Source of the DNA: an uncultured phage cr116_1
Sequence record: MT774389.1
Strand: one strand, 5' to 3'
DNA length: 40,000 nt
Part shown: piece after piece, positions 36,291 to 40,000 of the stretch
How positions within the stretch are numbered: the first letter of the stretch is position 1
How the letters are laid out: every line of letters starts with the position of its first letter
The notes under the pieces: model-generated
Databases searched by the model: none
Seen by the model: only the letters and a program-made list of their open reading frames with translations
What the model was told of the DNA's origin: nothing
Position numbers and translations under genes: made by a program

Positions 36291-36746
36291 ATGATTAAAA
36301 AAGGAGAAAAATATATATGTACTGATGATGTCTATATGGAAGGAGAGGACTATAGACCTGTCTACAGGAAAGGTAAAGTTTATCAATCAGATGTAGATGA
36401 CTCCTTGGTAGATGAATGTAATGATACACACTATTGGTTAGATAGAGAACTTTTTGAAAAATACTTCAAAAAGTATACATTACCTATTAAAAATTCATCA
36501 GATGATAGAGTAAATCATCCTTCTCATTATACTTGGCTTAAAGATTTATGTGGCATAGAGGTTATTGATATTACTAGACACATGAACTTTAACTTAGGAA
36601 ATGTAATTAAGTATGTTCTTAGGTCAGGTCATAAATCTGAAGAAGGAATGAGTGATAAACAAAAGAGAATAGAAGACTTAAAGAAGGCTGTCTTTTATCT
36701 CAATGATGAAATAAATAGGTTAGAAAATGACAAAGAAGGAGTATGA
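36291..36746 (+). CDS. DUF3310-family protein
   Basis: RVNHPSHYTWLKDLCGIEVIDITRHMNFNLGNVIKYVLRSGHKS. Confidence 0.85.
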   Translation: MIKKGEKYICTDDVYMEGEDYRPVYRKGKVYQSDVDDSLVDECNDTHYWLDRELFEKYFKKYTLPIKNSSDDRVNHPSHYTWLKDLCGIEVIDITRHMNFNLGNVIKYVLRSGHKSEEGMSDKQKRIEDLKKAVFYLNDEINRLENDKEGV

Positions 36747-36966
36747 AGAATTACACAGAGTAGTCAAAGATAAGCTAGGTCATCAACTTCATGTTGGTGA
36801 CTTAGTTATTGGCTATGCTTATAACTGCTGTGTGGAAATTTATAGGGTTAAAAAACTGTGTAAGAAAAAAGCTCTTCTTGTTAGAGCTTCAGATAATAGA
36901 TGGGATACTTATATTTATCCAGATAGGTTAATTAAAATAAAAGAAGATGGAATATCAGAAAATTAA
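36727..36966 (+). CDS. Hypothetical protein
   Basis: 79 aa ORF overlapping both neighbours. Confidence 0.65.
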   Translation: MTKKEYEELHRVVKDKLGHQLHVGDLVIGYAYNCCVEIYRVKKLCKKKALLVRASDNRWDTYIYPDRLIKIKEDGISEN

Positions 36967-37675
36967 TACATTATTCAAGAGGGATGGTAAAAATGTTATT
37001 ATTCCCTCACAGTATACTTGTGAAGAGTTTAACTATTTAAAGGATTGTCCTTGGGAATGTACAGAGAAGATTGATGGTACTAACATCAGAATCTATGTAA
37101 CTATAGTAGCAGGAGAAGGTGAAGAACCTTGGCTTTATGGTGTAACTATTAAGGGTCGAACTAACAGAGCAGAGCTTCCTAGCAAGCTTGTCAAAAAGCT
37201 TGAAAGTATCTTCTTTAATGTAGACTGGGCTAAAATATTTCCTGCATTGACCCCCGAAGATACTGTATGTATATATGGTGAAGGCTATGGTGCTGGCATT
37301 CAAAAGTGTGGTGGAAAGTATATCAGTAAGGGTGTAGATTTCATTCTTTTTGATGTCAAGATTAATGACTGGTGGCTTAAAAGAGAAGATTGTGAAGGTA
37401 TTGCCAAGAAGTGCAATGTACCTATGGTTCCTCTTATTGGCTATATGACTATTCCACAGGCTGTAGAGTTTGTCAAGAAAGGTTTTAAGTCTAAGATTTC
37501 TGAAGATAAAGACCTTAATGCAGAGGGTTTAGTTCTTAGAACTACCTGTGGTCTTAGGTTTAGAAATGGAGAGAGAATTATTACCAAGATAAAGTACTGC
37601 GATTTTGAAAAATTTAAGGCTGTGTATGGAGATAATCCAAACCCTAAACAGCCTGACAATCCTAATTATCAATGA
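36947..37675 (+). CDS. T4 Rnl2-like RNA ligase
   Basis: CTEKIDGTNIR motif I, DFILFDVK motif IIIa, NAEGLVLRT motif IV, IITKIKYCDF motif V. Confidence 0.87.
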   Translation: MEYQKINTLFKRDGKNVIIPSQYTCEEFNYLKDCPWECTEKIDGTNIRIYVTIVAGEGEEPWLYGVTIKGRTNRAELPSKLVKKLESIFFNVDWAKIFPALTPEDTVCIYGEGYGAGIQKCGGKYISKGVDFILFDVKINDWWLKREDCEGIAKKCNVPMVPLIGYMTIPQAVEFVKKGFKSKISEDKDLNAEGLVLRTTCGLRFRNGERIITKIKYCDFEKFKAVYGDNPNPKQPDNPNYQ

Positions 37676-37875
37676 AGCAATACACACAACTAGAGTTTAT
37701 AAGGGTAGTAGAGAAGAATGGATTTTCCTATAGTAGACATAGTGGTGACCATGCTATATATGTCAATGATAAGGGAAGACATATCTCTATCCCTCATAAA
37801 CTAGAAAGTGTTATAGCTCGTAGACTGATTAAAGAGAATAACTTAGATATAAACATTAAAAGAAGAAAGAAATGA
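37672..37875 (+). CDS. HicA-like mRNA interferase fold protein
   Basis: LEFIRVVEKNGFSYSRHSGDHAIYVNDKGRHISIPHKLESVIARRLIKE. Confidence 0.8.
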   Translation: MKQYTQLEFIRVVEKNGFSYSRHSGDHAIYVNDKGRHISIPHKLESVIARRLIKENNLDINIKRRKK

Positions 37876-38171
37876 GTAATGTGCCTATTGGTGCTGAATA
37901 TGACCCTAATGCACCTTGGAACCAGGAAGACCCTAAACCTCAGAAAATAGAGGTTACAGTGTCTATAACACTGAGCAAAATAGTAGAAATAGAGGTTAAT
38001 GACTATACTGCTGAAGAAGAGATAGATGAAGATGGAAATCATAATGTGTACTATGATTATTCAGAATGTAATCTAGAGCAAGCTGTAAGAGACCAGATAC
38101 CTTTGCCTACTGATGAGAGTCGATTTAATGATTGGGTTGAAGATGATTTTGCAGTAAATTTGGAGGAATAA
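37872..38171 (+). CDS. Hypothetical acidic protein
   Basis: 99 aa ORF coupled to HicA-like gene. Confidence 0.7.
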   Translation: MSNVPIGAEYDPNAPWNQEDPKPQKIEVTVSITLSKIVEIEVNDYTAEEEIDEDGNHNVYYDYSECNLEQAVRDQIPLPTDESRFNDWVEDDFAVNLEE

Positions 38172-38172
38172 T

Positions 38173-38316
38173 ATGACATTTATAATTCACTTTAAAGATG
38201 GGCATAGGGAAACCTATAGCAACCATTATGATGAGAATGATGAGCATGAAAGAGATGGTGCATGGGATGATGTCTATGCTAAATTTCCTGATGCTGATTA
38301 TATAGAAGAGTTTTAA
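38173..38316 (+). CDS. 47-aa hypothetical protein MTFIIHFKDGHRETYSNHYDENDEHERDGAWDDVYAKFPDADYIEEF (absent from ORF track)
   Basis: Starts right after upstream stop. Confidence 0.5.
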   Translation: MTFIIHFKDGHRETYSNHYDENDEHERDGAWDDVYAKFPDADYIEEF

Positions 38317-38334
38317 TAAAAAACATAAATTAAT

Positions 38335-38508
38335 ATGGAGCAACTAGTAGTAATTGATAATAATAAAATCTACATTTACAATGCAGACAATCATCCTATA
38401 TTTGATGCTGAAGATGCTACTACAGAAGATATAGTTAGAGTTTTAGGTCATAATTATAACGATGTAATTATAGAATGGGGTGAAGATTTTACTATAGAAA
38501 AAGAGTAA
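38335..38508 (+). CDS. 57-aa hypothetical protein (absent from ORF track)
   Basis: MEQLVVIDNNKIYIYNADNHPIFDAEDATTEDIVRVLGHNYNDVIIEWGEDFTIEKE. Confidence 0.5.
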   Translation: MEQLVVIDNNKIYIYNADNHPIFDAEDATTEDIVRVLGHNYNDVIIEWGEDFTIEKE

Positions 38509-38510
38509 AT

Positions 38511-38690
38511 ATGAACAAAGAGAAGTATAACATTGTTTATAAACATTTTGCTAAACCTATCTATAATATGGCAATGACTTATGAAAGTAGTTGCCTTACT
38601 GTAGAATCAGGAGTGGTTAATCCTAAGGTGGTAAAATGTTTTAACGAGTTAAAGAAAGCATTAGAAGAACAATTAAAAAGTTATAAGTAA
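38511..38690 (+). CDS. 59-aa hypothetical protein (absent from ORF track)
   Basis: MNKEKYNIVYKHFAKPIYNMAMTYESSCLTVESGVVNPKVVKCFNELKKALEEQLKSYK; stop overlaps next start. Confidence 0.5.
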   Translation: MNKEKYNIVYKHFAKPIYNMAMTYESSCLTVESGVVNPKVVKCFNELKKALEEQLKSYK

Positions 38691-39256
38691 TGGAAGTAAC
38701 AGTAGTACAGGAAACTTCTTGGAGTAGAGCACTAGATGCAGCAAGAAGAACTATTGGTAAAGAACCTTTGCGTAAAGAACCAAGTGATAATTGGAAAGCT
38801 AAGGTTCTTCTTGCAGAACATAGTCCTATTAAATTAGTTGAATATTGTATTCATTTTAAAAATCTCAGGCAATGGGTTGGAGTTCATTTGTTAAGACATG
38901 AACACATGCTACCTTTTATTCATTCTCAAAGAGAGGATAGAAGAAAACTTAATTGTAGTAGAGATGAACTTCCACAAGGCTCTGAGAATGACCAAGATTT
39001 TGTAGTCAATGCTCAAACTTTAATTAATATTAGTAGAAAGAGACTCTGTAGATGTGCATCTAAAGAAACACAGGAAGCATGGAGAGCTGTTAAATCTGAA
39101 ATTGCAAAACAAGATAAGGTTATGGCTGATAAGATGGTTCCTAATTGTGTGTATAGTGGTTTTTGTAGGGAACTTAACTGCTGTGGTTATGTTAATACAG
39201 CAGCTTATAAAAAAGAATTAGAATCCTATAGAAAGACAGAATATGCTAATCAATAA
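38690..39256 (+). CDS. thyX: ThyX-like flavin-dependent thymidylate synthase
   Basis: RQWVGVHLLRHEHMLPFIHSQREDRR = variant of RHRX7S. Confidence 0.75.
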   Translation: MEVTVVQETSWSRALDAARRTIGKEPLRKEPSDNWKAKVLLAEHSPIKLVEYCIHFKNLRQWVGVHLLRHEHMLPFIHSQREDRRKLNCSRDELPQGSENDQDFVVNAQTLINISRKRLCRCASKETQEAWRAVKSEIAKQDKVMADKMVPNCVYSGFCRELNCCGYVNTAAYKKELESYRKTEYANQ

Positions 39257-39869
39257 TCTAGAACTAATAGTCCCTTTGTTGCCAAAGAATAATCCAGAGG
39301 TATTCTGCCACATGCAAATAGTATGTAGAGCAAAAGACCATAAGGATGAAAAGGTAAAGGAAGGAGCTATTAAAACTTATTTCATAAGGGACGAAGAACA
39401 TCTTAGGAAAGTAATGCCTGAAGTAATTCTTCTTTGTGAACATTATGGAGCAAGAGCCTATATTAATGTAAGTCCAAAGAGCTTTGAGAAGTTACAGAAA
39501 CTTATGTTAGTAAAGCTTGCTTCATTAGTATGTGAGGGTAACATTCAGAATCCAAGAAAGACCCTTAATAGTGCAGCAGGAGCATTAATTTCAAGGAATC
39601 CTGTATGGATTGTAGATGTTGATAATATGGAAATAAAGGAGCTACTCTTAGGATGGTTTGATGACTATTTTAAGTTAGACCCTACATTACCATTCTGTAA
39701 CACTAGGAAAGAACTATATCTTACTGGTATTATACCAACAAAACAAGGTTGTCATTTACTTATAAGACCATTTAATCTTAAAGAGTTTAATAATAATTTT
39801 CCTGATGTAGATGTTCATAAGAACTCTATGGGAACTTTATTGTACTATTCTGATAGTATAGATATGTAA
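39243..39869 (+). CDS. Hypothetical protein, possibly AEP-primase-like
   Basis: ARAYINVSP ... NPVWIVDVDN ... KQGCHLLIRPF. Confidence 0.6.
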   Translation: MLINNLELIVPLLPKNNPEVFCHMQIVCRAKDHKDEKVKEGAIKTYFIRDEEHLRKVMPEVILLCEHYGARAYINVSPKSFEKLQKLMLVKLASLVCEGNIQNPRKTLNSAAGALISRNPVWIVDVDNMEIKELLLGWFDDYFKLDPTLPFCNTRKELYLTGIIPTKQGCHLLIRPFNLKEFNNNFPDVDVHKNSMGTLLYYSDSIDM

Positions 39870-39876
39870 TTATTAA

Positions 39877-39907
39877 GGGAAGAGCTTATACTCTTCCTTT
39901 ATTTTTC
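39877..39907 (+). terminator. Rho-independent terminator ending the replication operon
   Basis: GGAAGAG-CTTATA-CTCTTCC followed by TTTATTTTT. Confidence 0.88.
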
Positions 39908-39937
39908 CTTAAAACAATCAACTTTTGCTCTTATTTA

Positions 39938-39969
39938 TTTGGTAAACTGAGCAAATTTAATTAACTTTG
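39938..39969 (+). promoter_or_regulatory. Bacteroides-type promoter for the next operon
   Basis: TTTG-N20-TAACTTTG, right after the terminator. Confidence 0.8.
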
Positions 39970-40000
39970 CACTAAAATTTTAATTAAGATATTATTATGA

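Noticed and set aside
36112-36294. Plus-strand ORF 36112..36294
   Set aside because: Frame-shifted reading of DNA polymerase exon 2
37672-38171. Complete HicAB toxin-antitoxin system
   Set aside because: The gene after HicA has no HicB features; reported instead as an orphan HicA
1-40000. CRISPR array, integrase, transposase, retron or diversity-generating element
   Set aside because: No regularly spaced repeats, no reverse transcriptase motif (YxDD), no recombinase motifs in any supplied ORF

Overview
This 40 kb window is a contiguous piece of a lytic, tRNA-rich, Bacteroidota-infecting phage genome. From gene content and promoter style it is most consistent with a large crAss-like phage; that assignment is inference, since no capsid, portal or terminase gene is visible. 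The left ~3.8 kb is a minus-strand block with 13 tRNA genes, a few small conserved ORFs and one HNH endonuclease. Two near-identical promoters of the Bacteroides type (TTTG-N20-TAnnTTTG) fire directly into tRNA genes. Rightward of ~4.0 kb everything is on the plus strand: small accessory genes, 3 more tRNAs, a 3D-domain wall protein and a glucosaminidase, then a replication, recombination and nucleotide-metabolism module. That module holds an SF2 helicase, DnaB-like helicase, Sak4/RecA-like ATPase, SSB-like protein, primase, rIIA/rIIB-like pair, uracil-DNA glycosylase, PDDEXK nucleases, NrdD/NrdG, dUTPase, family A DNA polymerase, DUF3310, Rnl2-like RNA ligase, HicA-like protein and ThyX-like protein. 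The most striking features are: (1) four group I introns interrupting primase, the rIIA-like GHKL ATPase, a RecB/Cas4-like nuclease and DNA polymerase A, with three of the four lying in or against conserved catalytic motifs; (2) a membrane-anchored retropepsin-like aspartyl protease gene between dut and polA; (3) a duplicated 5' leader hairpin with a compensatory base change; (4) a tRNA-Arg(CCT) whose G19-C56 tertiary pair appears swapped to U19-A56; (5) a one-base frameshift splitting a conserved small gene; (6) relic tRNA halves and an unexplained hairpin-rich non-coding segment in the tRNA array. No CRISPR array, integrase, transposase or recognisable complete defence system was found.
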